Positions 38,139 to 48,016 are shown, numbered from the stretch's first letter. The stretch: 64,000 nt of DNA from Candidatus Babeliales bacterium (GCA_050250855.1 JBFWNW010000002.1:210719-274718); one strand, 5' to 3'. Translations and numbers: made by a program. The notes: a model not told the origin generated them from the sequence alone.

Positions 38139-38377
38139 TACTTCGCATAAAGCTTCGTATGGCAGGCCATTCTTTTTTAAAGGTTGGTAATAATAAGTGA
38201 AATAAACTAAAAGAAATAAAAGCGAAGTATGCCCTTCGAAGCCTTGGCGTAGTAGGGCAATTTATAAACTATTCAATTTCGCTAACCTGTTCTTCGACTT
38301 GTCCGAAATAACTTGAAAAGCGACGGCGGAAGCTCGAAGAGCGTAGTAGAAAGCTTCGTATGGCAGGCCATTCTTTT
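38136..38377. repeat. REP-like cluster on the tRNA-Glu 3' end, including a triple-nested unit
   Basis: aagcttcgtatggcaggccattctttt occurs twice (~38150 and ~38351); gcccttcgaagccttggcgtagtagggc at 38231-38258. Confidence 0.8.
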
Positions 38378-38544
38378 AAATGAACAATGTTCTGATTTCC
38401 AATTAAAAGACCTTCTAAATTATTTCCCCCCCCCATGCTGTCATGATACAGACGTTCCTAGTACTTTCGAAGATATTTGTGCTACATTGAGATTTAAACT
38501 AGAGCTGCTTTAGCACAATTAAATTTTTTGAAAGGGTATATTAC

Positions 38545-39165
38545 ATGAAACGGCCAATAATTTTGTCTTTATTTATTATGCTTTTTGTGCCTTTTTTTAG
38601 TATGACGAGTGAAGCTAATGAAGCTTTTGATTGCTATGGATTGGGCGACATGCTTTATGGTTTGACCAAAGATATTGGAAGAAATGATTTTCTTTATCTG
38701 GCACGCGCCAATTGGCTATGGTTTTTACAAAAAAAAATTAAATCACAAGAAAACATTGAAGATATTGATAAATACTATGTAGGGTATGGACGAACTATTG
38801 AAGGCGTTGATGCTTCTCTATATCATACACCGTTGCATGAAGCAGTAGGACGAGGCAATCTCCAGATAGTTAAATTGCTTTGTTCTGCTGGTGCTGATTT
38901 GTGTAAAACAGTTAAAAGTATCAAAGAATTAGATTCAAGCGAGCTTGCACAAGAATCATATCAAGTTATTCGTCTACGCTCATCGTGTATACTTCCTATT
39001 TCTGAAAGTGAAATTAATAAACAAATCGAACACTTTAAAAAAGATAATAATCATGGGCTTTCAGCGCTTGAATTAGCAGAGTACATGCTTGAGAATTCTC
39101 AAGATAAAAATTCTGAAAGGCAAGAGATTATGAATTTTTTAAGAATTCAGAGTAAAAAAGATTGA
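38545..39165 (+). CDS. Ankyrin repeat protein with signal peptide
   Basis: TPLHEAVGRGNLQIVKLLCSAGAD; NNHGLSALELA. Confidence 0.85.
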   Translation: MKRPIILSLFIMLFVPFFSMTSEANEAFDCYGLGDMLYGLTKDIGRNDFLYLARANWLWFLQKKIKSQENIEDIDKYYVGYGRTIEGVDASLYHTPLHEAVGRGNLQIVKLLCSAGADLCKTVKSIKELDSSELAQESYQVIRLRSSCILPISESEINKQIEHFKKDNNHGLSALELAEYMLENSQDKNSERQEIMNFLRIQSKKD

Positions 39166-39218
39166 GCAACTTACTTTTATTGAATATAAATTGGGTATAA
39201 AGGCAGCGAAGGAATTGA

Positions 39219-39578
39219 ATGATGAATGGCATTAAATATTTATTGAAGATTGAAGAATTTTTTATGCTTTTGGGAAGTTTAATTTTATATAACTTTCTTG
39301 GTTATTCCTGGTTTGTTTTTTCTCTATTTCTTTTTTTACCTGATATTGGAATGATTGCATATTGGTTTGGCTCAAAAATAGGTGCTATCATTTACAATTT
39401 TTTTCATAGTAGAATCATTGCAGTGTTGTTTTTAATTGCTGGCATATTGCTTTTTTATATTCCACTACAAATATTAGGAATTGCTTTTTTTTGTCACATC
39501 TGTCTTGATCGTATGTTAGGATATGGTTTAAAATATCAAGATTCTTTTTGGAATACGCATCTTGGTAGAATAAAATAA
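39219..39578 (+). CDS. DUF4260 family membrane protein
   Basis: LPDIGM..Y, YNFFH, HI.LDR.LGYGLKY..F..THLG. Confidence 0.85.
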   Translation: MMNGIKYLLKIEEFFMLLGSLILYNFLGYSWFVFSLFLFLPDIGMIAYWFGSKIGAIIYNFFHSRIIAVLFLIAGILLFYIPLQILGIAFFCHICLDRMLGYGLKYQDSFWNTHLGRIK

Positions 39579-39638
39579 AGAGACTTAACAAGCAAAATGT
39601 CTCAAGAATATAGTAAGATTTTTTAGGAGGAGTTTATC

Positions 39639-40472
39639 GTGAATAAATTTTTTTTATATGTATTGATTTTATTTAACCTCATTGAAAGTAATATGGTTTT
39701 TTCTATGCACAAAAATCCTTTTTCCTATGATTTAGGAATTAAACTAATTGATAAAAATACTCATAAATCTGAGCTTACTTTATGTTGCCATGGATATGGC
39801 CATTCCAATGAAATTGTTGATGTAATTAATGCCATAAATATCTTTGATCACACATTAGTTGGTTTTAATTTTCCTGATTATGGCATTACCGATGAATCTG
39901 ATCATACAAAAGTTGCTTATGGCACTATTGATGAGGTTTTACCGTTGCTTTTTTTACTTAAGTTCTATGCGTGTGAGCAAGAAATTGAAACAATTAATCT
40001 TTATGGTTTTTCTGCTGGTGCCGGGGCAATTATAAATGCACTTTCAATACTCAATCAATATTCTCATCAAGAAAAATTGCAGCACGTTGGGATTACGCAT
40101 GAACATGCACAAAAAATAGTTACTGCTCTTGCAAAAGGCGTTATTATTCTTGAATGCCCCTTAAAATCGATGCAAGAGATTATCGATTTTCGCGGTGCTA
40201 CGCAAAATCTTACTTTGATTGCAAGTAACTATAATCGTAATAATTTGAATCCTATTGATGTAATTCCTTTGTTAAAAGGATTAACATTAACTTTTTTTGT
40301 TCATTTTGCTAAACCAGATGAAGTTACGAGCAATAGAGACGATCAAATATTTATTGACCGCTTAAAAAGTGCAAATAAAGGTGTCACTTATATTTCAACA
40401 ACTATGCAGAGCAACCATGCAGGGTACCATCCAGAGCTTTGGCAGAGCTATAGAGAATATAAAAATTCATGA
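39639..40472 (+). CDS. Alpha/beta hydrolase fold protein, probably exported
   Basis: CHGYG oxyanion motif, GFSAG nucleophile elbow, C-terminal D and H. Confidence 0.7.
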   Translation: MNKFFLYVLILFNLIESNMVFSMHKNPFSYDLGIKLIDKNTHKSELTLCCHGYGHSNEIVDVINAINIFDHTLVGFNFPDYGITDESDHTKVAYGTIDEVLPLLFLLKFYACEQEIETINLYGFSAGAGAIINALSILNQYSHQEKLQHVGITHEHAQKIVTALAKGVIILECPLKSMQEIIDFRGATQNLTLIASNYNRNNLNPIDVIPLLKGLTLTFFVHFAKPDEVTSNRDDQIFIDRLKSANKGVTYISTTMQSNHAGYHPELWQSYREYKNS

Positions 40473-40489
40473 AAAGATTTTAGCAAAAA

Positions 40490-40765
40490 ATGATTAAAAA
40501 ATCAGAAAAACAAAGAATATTGGCAGAATTTCAGAAAATTCCAGGTGTTGGTAAATCAATAGCGCAAGATTTGTGGGATTTGGGATTGCGTTCCTTGGAT
40601 GATTTAAAAAGAAAAGATCCTGACAACTTATACGAAGATCTTTGTCTGTTAAAGGGTTGTCACGTTGATCGTTGTATGCTGTATGTTTTTCGGTGTGCTA
40701 TTTATTTTGTTTCAGAAAAAGAGCATGATCCAGAGCTTTTAAAGTGGTGGCATTGGAAGGATTAA
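40490..40765 (+). CDS. Helix-hairpin-helix protein (Cdd1 pathogenicity-locus family)
   Basis: IPGVGKSIA.DL..LG, DP..LY..LC, DRC.LYVFRCA, WWHWKD. Confidence 0.85.
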   Translation: MIKKSEKQRILAEFQKIPGVGKSIAQDLWDLGLRSLDDLKRKDPDNLYEDLCLLKGCHVDRCMLYVFRCAIYFVSEKEHDPELLKWWHWKD

Positions 40766-40778
40766 TATTAATTGAGGT

Positions 40779-41402
40779 GTGAATATGAGCATTACGCAAA
40801 AAGAAAAGCAAACATTAGCGTTTTATGATAAAACTCCTGAAAAATATATGGCAGGTTATGAAAAGGCGCCATCTTTCTGGAAGCAAGAACTTGATGAACT
40901 ATCCATGATGGTTCCTTCTGGTCGAGTTCTAGATATTGGCGTTGGTAAAGGCAAGGAAGCAGAGGTTTTTATTAGTGCAGGTTATGAATATAGCGGTATT
41001 GAGCCGGCAACAGGGTTGCGATTAGAGCTTGAAAAAAGATTTCCTAATCAGCAATTTATTTCTTCAACTATATATGATTGGAATCTAGCACCACATTCCT
41101 TTGACGCTTTTTGGTGCTCTGCTATGTTGCTTCATATTCCTAAAGAAAATATTGATTTTGCTCTACAGCAAATAAAAAAGGTTATGAAGCCATCTGCGAT
41201 TGGTTTTATATCTCTTGCGCAAGGTAAAGATGAATATTTTGATAAAGATTCTGGCAGATATTTTTATTTGTATGAGGACCAGATATTTGCTGATATTTTA
41301 CACAAAAATGGATTTGCTATAAAAAAACAAGGCCATAGAAGTATGGATACGCATAGGCAATGGTTGAGGTCTTGGCTAACGTACTTTGTTGAGATTGTAT
41401 AA
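40779..41402 (+). CDS. Class I SAM-dependent methyltransferase
   Basis: VLDIGVGKG, FDAFWCSAMLLH. Confidence 0.85.
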   Translation: MNMSITQKEKQTLAFYDKTPEKYMAGYEKAPSFWKQELDELSMMVPSGRVLDIGVGKGKEAEVFISAGYEYSGIEPATGLRLELEKRFPNQQFISSTIYDWNLAPHSFDAFWCSAMLLHIPKENIDFALQQIKKVMKPSAIGFISLAQGKDEYFDKDSGRYFYLYEDQIFADILHKNGFAIKKQGHRSMDTHRQWLRSWLTYFVEIV

Positions 41403-41409
41403 ATTTTTG

Positions 41410-42744
41410 TTACCACCCAAACACTGTTTTAGTGAATGCATTTGAAAAGATTCCTGCAGGATCGAGCCTTTTGCGTGCTTGTAAGAATAAATCAAAGTTT
41501 TTGCCATAGAGCCTTGAAGCATCTTGTTTAGTTATATAATTAATTTTCCCCCAATGAGGACGTCCATCAAAGGTGAGCATGAGTTTGTAAAAATCTTTAT
41601 AAAACTCACTTTCTTGCGTTTGGGGCATGGATACATTTAAAAAAACGACATCCTGTCCGGCAGAAGGACTTAAAAGTGCATGAGTATCAGCTAGAACGAA
41701 ACGGCAAATAATGCCATTAATGGCAATTCCTTTTTTATTGTAGTGCGCTATTAAATTTTTTAAAGCTTCAAGGGCTTCTGGGAGTTTTGAAACCGGTACA
41801 GCAACTTCTTCTTCAAGATAATAGGGACTTGGTTCTCCTGCAAGCGCTTTGTAAGAATAAGCGACACTGCTAGTAGGGATAGATAGTGGTGCTATTTTTT
41901 TTGTATCGGGTAAAAATTGATTGATTACATGTACAACAAGCCAATTGTATACAGAAATTATTAATCGTTGTAAGTGAAAGCTTAATGACGATTCAGAAGT
42001 AGCCTCATCAGTTATATCCCATACATCAACCGCTACAGAATCTTGATGTACATTATACATGAAGGTAAAAAAGTCATGGTTGTCATATAATTTTTTATAA
42101 TTTTTTTTAATAAAATCGAATGTTGTGTGCCATTGTTCATGTTTAAGTTTATACAATGGAACGCATGAAAGAGTAACAGAATAGATAATGCCAAGCGAAC
42201 CAATATTGACAAGGGCAGCATTAAAAAAATGAGCATTTTCAGTAGATGAAAGAGTGTATAAAGTGCCATCTGCTGCAACAAGTTCCATATTAACAACAAA
42301 ATTTGCCAGTGTACCAGTTTTGCCAGAGCCATGAGTTCCTGTTGCTAATGCTCCAGCTATTGTTTGCTTTGTAATAGAGGGTATGTTTGGTAATGTTAAA
42401 GTATGTTCTGCTAATGCATGAATTAATTTTTTTAAGGTGATACCTGCCTGTACTTTAATTATTTTATTTTTTACATCAAGAAAGAGTATTTTGTTTAACT
42501 CTTTTGTTTCGAGCAAATATCCTTCAGAGCAGAGGATAGGTCCCCAAGAATGTCCTGAGCCAACGGCACGAATAGTTTGTTTTGTTTGCAAAGCTTGTTT
42601 TATATAGAATTGAATTTCCTCTAGGCAAGAAACTGAAATTACATGCTCAGGATAACAAACATCTTTTTTTGACCAATTTTTCCAGCATAAGAGCGATGAA
42701 TAAAGCATGGTACTATATAAAAAAAGTATAGTTATTTTATTCAC
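41410..42744 (-). CDS. FAD-linked aldonolactone oxidase (ALO/GULO family) with signal peptide
   Basis: WKNWS, RAVGSGHSW, GALATGTHGS, GRPHWGK, LDPAGIF.N. Confidence 0.88.
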   Translation of the reverse strand: MNKITILFLYSTMLYSSLLCWKNWSKKDVCYPEHVISVSCLEEIQFYIKQALQTKQTIRAVGSGHSWGPILCSEGYLLETKELNKILFLDVKNKIIKVQAGITLKKLIHALAEHTLTLPNIPSITKQTIAGALATGTHGSGKTGTLANFVVNMELVAADGTLYTLSSTENAHFFNAALVNIGSLGIIYSVTLSCVPLYKLKHEQWHTTFDFIKKNYKKLYDNHDFFTFMYNVHQDSVAVDVWDITDEATSESSLSFHLQRLIISVYNWLVVHVINQFLPDTKKIAPLSIPTSSVAYSYKALAGEPSPYYLEEEVAVPVSKLPEALEALKNLIAHYNKKGIAINGIICRFVLADTHALLSPSAGQDVVFLNVSMPQTQESEFYKDFYKLMLTFDGRPHWGKINYITKQDASRLYGKNFDLFLQARKRLDPAGIFSNAFTKTVFGW

Positions 42745-42826
42745 AGAGTTCCTATTGTTTTGCTATGGTTTTTAAGAAATTCTCTTTTCTTTTTTTAAAG
42801 ATACTTTTTATTAAAGGTTAAAATCT

Positions 42827-44122
42827 ATGATTTTTTTGTTTTTTTTGGTAGTTCATACTGCTTTAAATTTTTGTACAAATCTTAGTGCGCATGAACATTT
42901 TTCTTCTGTGCAGCCACAATTAAAAGAAGTGACTTCTCATCATGAAATTATGAATCGTGGCATGTATGGTGCTTATCCTATGACGCGGGAAGCATCCGGC
43001 ACTAGCTGGCTTCCTGAGTCAAGCCCCATGGAGGCAATACATCTTGTGCGTCAAGATTGGTCAATGATGTTTCATGGTTATTTCTATACTATTTTTGATC
43101 AGCAGCGAGGTAATCTTGGTGCTATAAAAACATTTGCTGAAAGTATGGGCATGTTTACGGTGCAGAAAAATTTACCGCGTGACACTTTTGCATTTAGAAG
43201 TATGTTTTCCACCGAGCCGTTTACTATAGGAAAGTGTGGTTATCCGTTGCTGTTTCAAACAGGAGAAACGTGTGATGGCGTTACGCCGCTGGTAAACCGG
43301 CAGCATCCACATGATCTTTTTATGGAACTTTCTGTAGTTTATTCTCATATATTTCGTGATGATGCATCGTCAATGTTTTTTTATATTGGCTTGCCGGGAG
43401 AGCCCGCTCTAGGCCCTACGGTGTTTATGATGAGATTTTCAGGAGAATATAACCCTGAAGCTCCTTTAGGGCACCATTGGATGGATTCTACGCATATTAC
43501 CTTTGGTGTTGCTACCGTTGGGGCAGTTTTGAAAAAAAATATTAAATTTGAAGTTTCAGCATTTAATGGCCGTGAGCCAGATCAGCATAGATACGATATT
43601 GAAAAGCCAAAGTTTGATTCTGGCAGTTTTCGTTTTTCATGGAACTGTAATGAAAATTGGTCAATCCAGGCAAGCTATGGGTATTTAAAAAGTCCTGAAC
43701 AGCTAGAGCCAAATGTGCATGAACATCGTTGGATTGCCAGTGCCCAATATAATAAAGCATTTGAGCAGCATTCAAATCTTCAAGTGGTGGCTATTTTGGG
43801 AGTGAAAAAAAATAAACCAGGAAGAACACTGCCGGCATTTTTGCTTGAGGGGACGTACGAACATCAACAGCACCACTTATTCTTTTCGCGCTTTGAAACC
43901 TTGGTAAATGACGAACTTTTTTTTGATCCAAGTCCTTTGGCGAATAAAAAGCTTACCATTAATAAAGCTACCTTTGGCTATATTTTTGAATGGGTTAATA
44001 AGCCTATAAAATGGGGTATAGGGGCACTTCTTGATTTCCCTATGGTGGGCTCAAGGCTTAATACAGCGTATGGCAGTTCGCTTGCCTCCTTTATGCTGTT
44101 TTTCCAGGTAAGAATTATCTAA
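42827..44122 (+). CDS. Conserved His/Met-rich probable outer-membrane protein
   Basis: Signal peptide; REASGTSW.P..SPM, RQHPHDLFMEL, HHWMDSTHITFGV, FNGREPD. Confidence 0.65.
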   Translation: MIFLFFLVVHTALNFCTNLSAHEHFSSVQPQLKEVTSHHEIMNRGMYGAYPMTREASGTSWLPESSPMEAIHLVRQDWSMMFHGYFYTIFDQQRGNLGAIKTFAESMGMFTVQKNLPRDTFAFRSMFSTEPFTIGKCGYPLLFQTGETCDGVTPLVNRQHPHDLFMELSVVYSHIFRDDASSMFFYIGLPGEPALGPTVFMMRFSGEYNPEAPLGHHWMDSTHITFGVATVGAVLKKNIKFEVSAFNGREPDQHRYDIEKPKFDSGSFRFSWNCNENWSIQASYGYLKSPEQLEPNVHEHRWIASAQYNKAFEQHSNLQVVAILGVKKNKPGRTLPAFLLEGTYEHQQHHLFFSRFETLVNDELFFDPSPLANKKLTINKATFGYIFEWVNKPIKWGIGALLDFPMVGSRLNTAYGSSLASFMLFFQVRII

Positions 44123-44462
44123 TAGTCGTATCTATTGACTTTTTATTTTTATTATGTCATACTAGAAAGTGATGATTAATACTTATCATAAATCTCTTTA
44201 TCAAAACCCCCTCTTTTTAAAGAAATTTTCAAGGCTCTTACACGGTATAGTACTACTGAACATAAAGCGTACTTTTACTCTCAATTACGCGCATGCGGAA
44301 AATCAGGGTAGAAGTAAATGTCCATTAATTAACTATAAGTACTTATGCTGTTAAAGGGCCTTTTTTTTAATTCCTATCGCAAAAACATTCTTTTCCCCGA
44401 TACATTTTGTTAAAATCATATGAGAATAATTTTGAAATTTGAAAAAAACAAATAAGGAATAA

Positions 44463-45119
44463 ATGAAATTTAAAACAATTATTTTTGATATGGATGGTAC
44501 CATTATTGATACCGTGCATCTCTGGCAAAAAGCAAATAGATTGCTTTTAGAGCAGTATGGTATTATGTGCAGTCAAGAAGAGCTCAATAAACGCCAAGAG
44601 CATATGCATGGGTTATCAACGGCAGAGCATTGCCTTTTTTTAAAAATGGAGTTTAATATTCCTACCGATGTTATGACTTTAGTTGAGCAAAAAAGTGCTC
44701 TTGCCATGAAGTTATTTGAAAAAGAACTGCAGTTTGTGCATGGTTTTCAAGAGTTTCATCAGCGTGTTATTGATAAAGAGTTAAAAACTGGTATAGCAAC
44801 GAATGCTAATAATCTTACTATTGCAACAACAGACAAAGCGCTGAATTTATCTTCTTATTTTGGTCAGCATATTTATGGTATCTCATGCGTCAAGCAAGGA
44901 AAACCTGATCCTGCAATTTTTTTACATACAGCAGAGCAATTAGAAGCTGAGCCGCGTGATTGTATTGTTATTGAAGATTCGCCACATGGTATTCAAGCAG
45001 CAAAAGCTGCCGGTATGACGTGCATTGGCATTAATACTGGAAAAAATAGAAAAGCATTAGAAGCCGCAGATCATATTATCGATTATTATCATGAAATTAA
45101 TCTTGATGAATTTATATAA
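44463..45119 (+). CDS. HAD family phosphatase (beta-PGM-like)
   Basis: FDMDGT, ATN, KPDP, IEDS..G. Confidence 0.92.
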   Translation: MKFKTIIFDMDGTIIDTVHLWQKANRLLLEQYGIMCSQEELNKRQEHMHGLSTAEHCLFLKMEFNIPTDVMTLVEQKSALAMKLFEKELQFVHGFQEFHQRVIDKELKTGIATNANNLTIATTDKALNLSSYFGQHIYGISCVKQGKPDPAIFLHTAEQLEAEPRDCIVIEDSPHGIQAAKAAGMTCIGINTGKNRKALEAADHIIDYYHEINLDEFI

Positions 45120-45666
45120 ATTTTTATTCCTTATTATTTTTATAGTATATGCGGAGGCATACGATTGTATGATACATTATCAACCTTGCGATCAGCAGAA
45201 TTTTGCTGAAGCATTTTCTTTTTTGTGCTCTACTATAGTAGAATCTCAAAGTAGTTTTTTGACACCTGAACATGTTAAACAAGAAATCTCATTAAAAAAG
45301 AGTGTTATAGAAGAGCGCATTAAAGCTGCACTAATTGATGATGATAAGTATGTAGGAATAGCTAAAAAAGATAATAAAATAGTTGGCTTTATCAGTGCGC
45401 GTGTTGTTGATGATGCTGTTTTTATTGATTATCTTTATGTTGATAAAAACCACAGAGGGCAGGGGATAGGTCCATTGCTTATCAAAGCGTGTATTGCTGA
45501 ATTACGTGCATTAAATATTTTTTCTAAAATTAGACTTCAAGTTCATACAAAAAATCAACGAGCTATAGAAAAATATTATAAAGAAGGATTTAAACAAATC
45601 GGCTACAAAGAGAAAGAAGATTGTAGGTATCTGATCATGGAAAGAGAAGTTGACAATTATAATTAA
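45106..45666 (+). CDS. GNAT acetyltransferase with signal peptide
   Basis: LYVDKNHRGQGIG, N.RAI..Y.K.GF. Confidence 0.85.
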   Translation: MNLYKFLFLIIFIVYAEAYDCMIHYQPCDQQNFAEAFSFLCSTIVESQSSFLTPEHVKQEISLKKSVIEERIKAALIDDDKYVGIAKKDNKIVGFISARVVDDAVFIDYLYVDKNHRGQGIGPLLIKACIAELRALNIFSKIRLQVHTKNQRAIEKYYKEGFKQIGYKEKEDCRYLIMEREVDNYN

Positions 45667-45680
45667 TCAGAGGATTATAG

Positions 45681-46730
45681 ATGAAAATTTTTATGCTTTC
45701 TTTTATTTTCTATAGTTTTTTTTCATTAGCTCAAGAGCACCTTGTTTTAGAAACTATCTATGGTAAATATACTATTACTGAACCGGTATTAATAGAATTG
45801 CTTGAGCACCCCATGATGCAGCGGTTAAAAAAAGTTCGTCAATATGGCGTTAATCATTTTATGATCAAGCCAGAAGAGTATCACCGCTATGAGCATTCTA
45901 TTGGGGTATTTTTATTGTTGCGTATGCACGGGGCAAGTTTGCATGAGCAAATTGCAGGATTGTTACATGATGTTTCCCATACCGTATTTTCCCACGTTGG
46001 CGATTGGGTGTTTCAACATGCTGATGGTCTTTTTTCGTACCAAGATACTATTCATGAAGATTTTTTATACAAAAGTGGTTTGCATGTAGTTCTTGAAAAA
46101 CATGGTTTTGCACCATGCGACGTTGTACATAAAAATAAAGAGTTTAGCATGCTTGAGCAGGATTTACCTGATCTGTGTGCTGATCGTATAGAATATAATC
46201 TGCAGGGTGGTTTGCGTGAGCAGTTAATAACGCAAGAAGAATTTCAGGCATTACTTGAAAATTTACACTATCAAAATGGTCATTGGTTTTTTACTGACCA
46301 AAAACTTGCACGCAGCTTTGCAGAAATTTCTTTGTATCATACCAAGTATATATGGGGTTCATGTGAGGATCTTATCGTTTATATGCTCGCTGGCAAGATT
46401 TTAAAAGATGCGGTAGCAATTCATTATTTGACGTTAGATGATATTCATTTTGGTACGGATGATGATATTTGGCAGCGCTTATGCTCATGTACACATCCAG
46501 ATATCGTTGCCGGTATGCATGAGCTCAAGCAGTACAAAGAACTGTATCAACCTACACAAGATTCTGAGCATGCTATAAAACTTTGTTCAAAGTTCCGTGG
46601 CGTTGATCCCTATGTTAAAAAAGAGGGTAGATTATATCGCTTGACGGAGCTTGATGTAGAGTATAAGCAGCGTTATGATGCGTATAAAAAAGAGAAAACA
46701 ACTGGCTGCTATTTTGTAAAACTATTGTAA
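45681..46730 (+). CDS. HD-domain phosphohydrolase (SAMHD1/dNTPase-like) with signal peptide
   Basis: QRLKKVRQYG, RYEHSIGV, GLLHDVSH.VFSH, ADRIEY. Confidence 0.85.
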   Translation: MKIFMLSFIFYSFFSLAQEHLVLETIYGKYTITEPVLIELLEHPMMQRLKKVRQYGVNHFMIKPEEYHRYEHSIGVFLLLRMHGASLHEQIAGLLHDVSHTVFSHVGDWVFQHADGLFSYQDTIHEDFLYKSGLHVVLEKHGFAPCDVVHKNKEFSMLEQDLPDLCADRIEYNLQGGLREQLITQEEFQALLENLHYQNGHWFFTDQKLARSFAEISLYHTKYIWGSCEDLIVYMLAGKILKDAVAIHYLTLDDIHFGTDDDIWQRLCSCTHPDIVAGMHELKQYKELYQPTQDSEHAIKLCSKFRGVDPYVKKEGRLYRLTELDVEYKQRYDAYKKEKTTGCYFVKLL

Positions 46731-46794
46731 TATGCTGTTTCTATTTCTTATTATAGTACGGGTATATTTTTTAATATTGTATTAAAGGAATAGT

Positions 46795-47544
46795 ATGAAA
46801 TTTTTAAAATATGCACTCTGCATAGTGAATATAGCTTATGCAGCGCAAGAGCACGCAGCATTATCATTGTATAAAGAAACAGATCACTTTAAAATCTATT
46901 GTACTGATGTTGATTGTGCTGTAGCAGATAATATTCTTGATGAAGCTGAAGTTTTTTTTGAACAATTAACATCTGATTTTAACCACAAATTCGAAGGTTC
47001 TAAAATCTTGTTTAATATTTATCCAGATCTGGTATCTTTTCATAAAGCAATTGCTTGGGACGCTGCTCCTGATTGGGTTGTTGCTTTTCATGATAAAAAT
47101 AGTACTACCATGTGTTCTCCGTTAAATCCGGGACCGCATCACTCATATGCAAGTCTGATGAAATCAAGTAAAAATGGTTTGGTACAATTTTTTATACACG
47201 ATACCTTTAAGGGGCAGACAATTCCTCGCTGGCTTTACCAAGGAGTTACTTTATATAAAACTAATTATTATTCAGATCAAAGTATTAATGAGCTTTTTTA
47301 TGAAGATGGATCATTACCACTTTTTGAACAATTAGAAAATGTAGAAGATACTTTGGCATTTGATAAGCTTAATGGATTTAGTGCTTCCTTTTGGATGGTG
47401 AGATTTCTTAATGAACGTTGGGGTTGGAATACTATTTTAGGATTGCTAGAAAATTATTCTAACTTTGAAGCTATTTTGGGCATAACAAAAAAAGAGTTTG
47501 GCGAACATTGGATTGAATTTATAAAAAACAAAAAAGAAAAATAG
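46795..47544 (+). CDS. Secreted peptidase MA-like protein lacking HExxH
   Basis: APDWVV, SPLNPG, IPRWLYQG (cf. PxWxxEG). Confidence 0.5.
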   Translation: MKFLKYALCIVNIAYAAQEHAALSLYKETDHFKIYCTDVDCAVADNILDEAEVFFEQLTSDFNHKFEGSKILFNIYPDLVSFHKAIAWDAAPDWVVAFHDKNSTTMCSPLNPGPHHSYASLMKSSKNGLVQFFIHDTFKGQTIPRWLYQGVTLYKTNYYSDQSINELFYEDGSLPLFEQLENVEDTLAFDKLNGFSASFWMVRFLNERWGWNTILGLLENYSNFEAILGITKKEFGEHWIEFIKNKKEK

Positions 47545-47551
47545 AGAAACT

Positions 47552-48016
47552 ATGACTTTCCTTATCTCACTTTTTATTGCACTACAAATTATTCTTTTTT
47601 TTGTTATGACGTTTCATGACTGGGTGCATATACCACCGCTGACTGATATACGCGAACTTGAAAAGCATAGCACTAAAAAAGGGCGCTTTATTAATTCATT
47701 AATTTTTGCTCTTATTGTTGCCTATCCACTATATCTTACGTATGCATATAGAGATCATTATACGTTTGGCAGTATGCTTTCAATAGTTTTAGTCTATGGC
47801 CTTTTAACGCTAGGCACCATTCTTTCTTGGTGGATTCCATATTTTTTTGGCAGTTATTCAGCAGCGCATAAAGAGGCTTTTGCAGAATATCGTACTACGC
47901 ACCATTTTTTACCCCCGATTGGTGATAGCGTAGTTCCTAATACGTTTCATGTTCTCTTGCATCTTTTGATTTGGACCTGTTTTGGCATAGCGTTGTATCT
48001 TCTCTGTTCTTTCTAG
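47552..48016 (+). CDS. Four-TM membrane hypothetical protein
   Basis: Hydrophobic segments; HDWV..PP, WWIPYFFG, PNTFH. Confidence 0.7.
   Translation: MTFLISLFIALQIILFFVMTFHDWVHIPPLTDIRELEKHSTKKGRFINSLIFALIVAYPLYLTYAYRDHYTFGSMLSIVLVYGLLTLGTILSWWIPYFFGSYSAAHKEAFAEYRTTHHFLPPIGDSVVPNTFHVLLHLLIWTCFGIALYLLCSF

Noticed and set aside
8411..38377. CRISPR array interpretation of the palindromic repeats
   Set aside because: No regularly spaced identical repeats with unique spacers, and no cas genes.
44169..44354. 61 aa ORF as a leader peptide
   Set aside because: No amino-acid run or RBS, and the downstream gene is not biosynthetic; unsupported.
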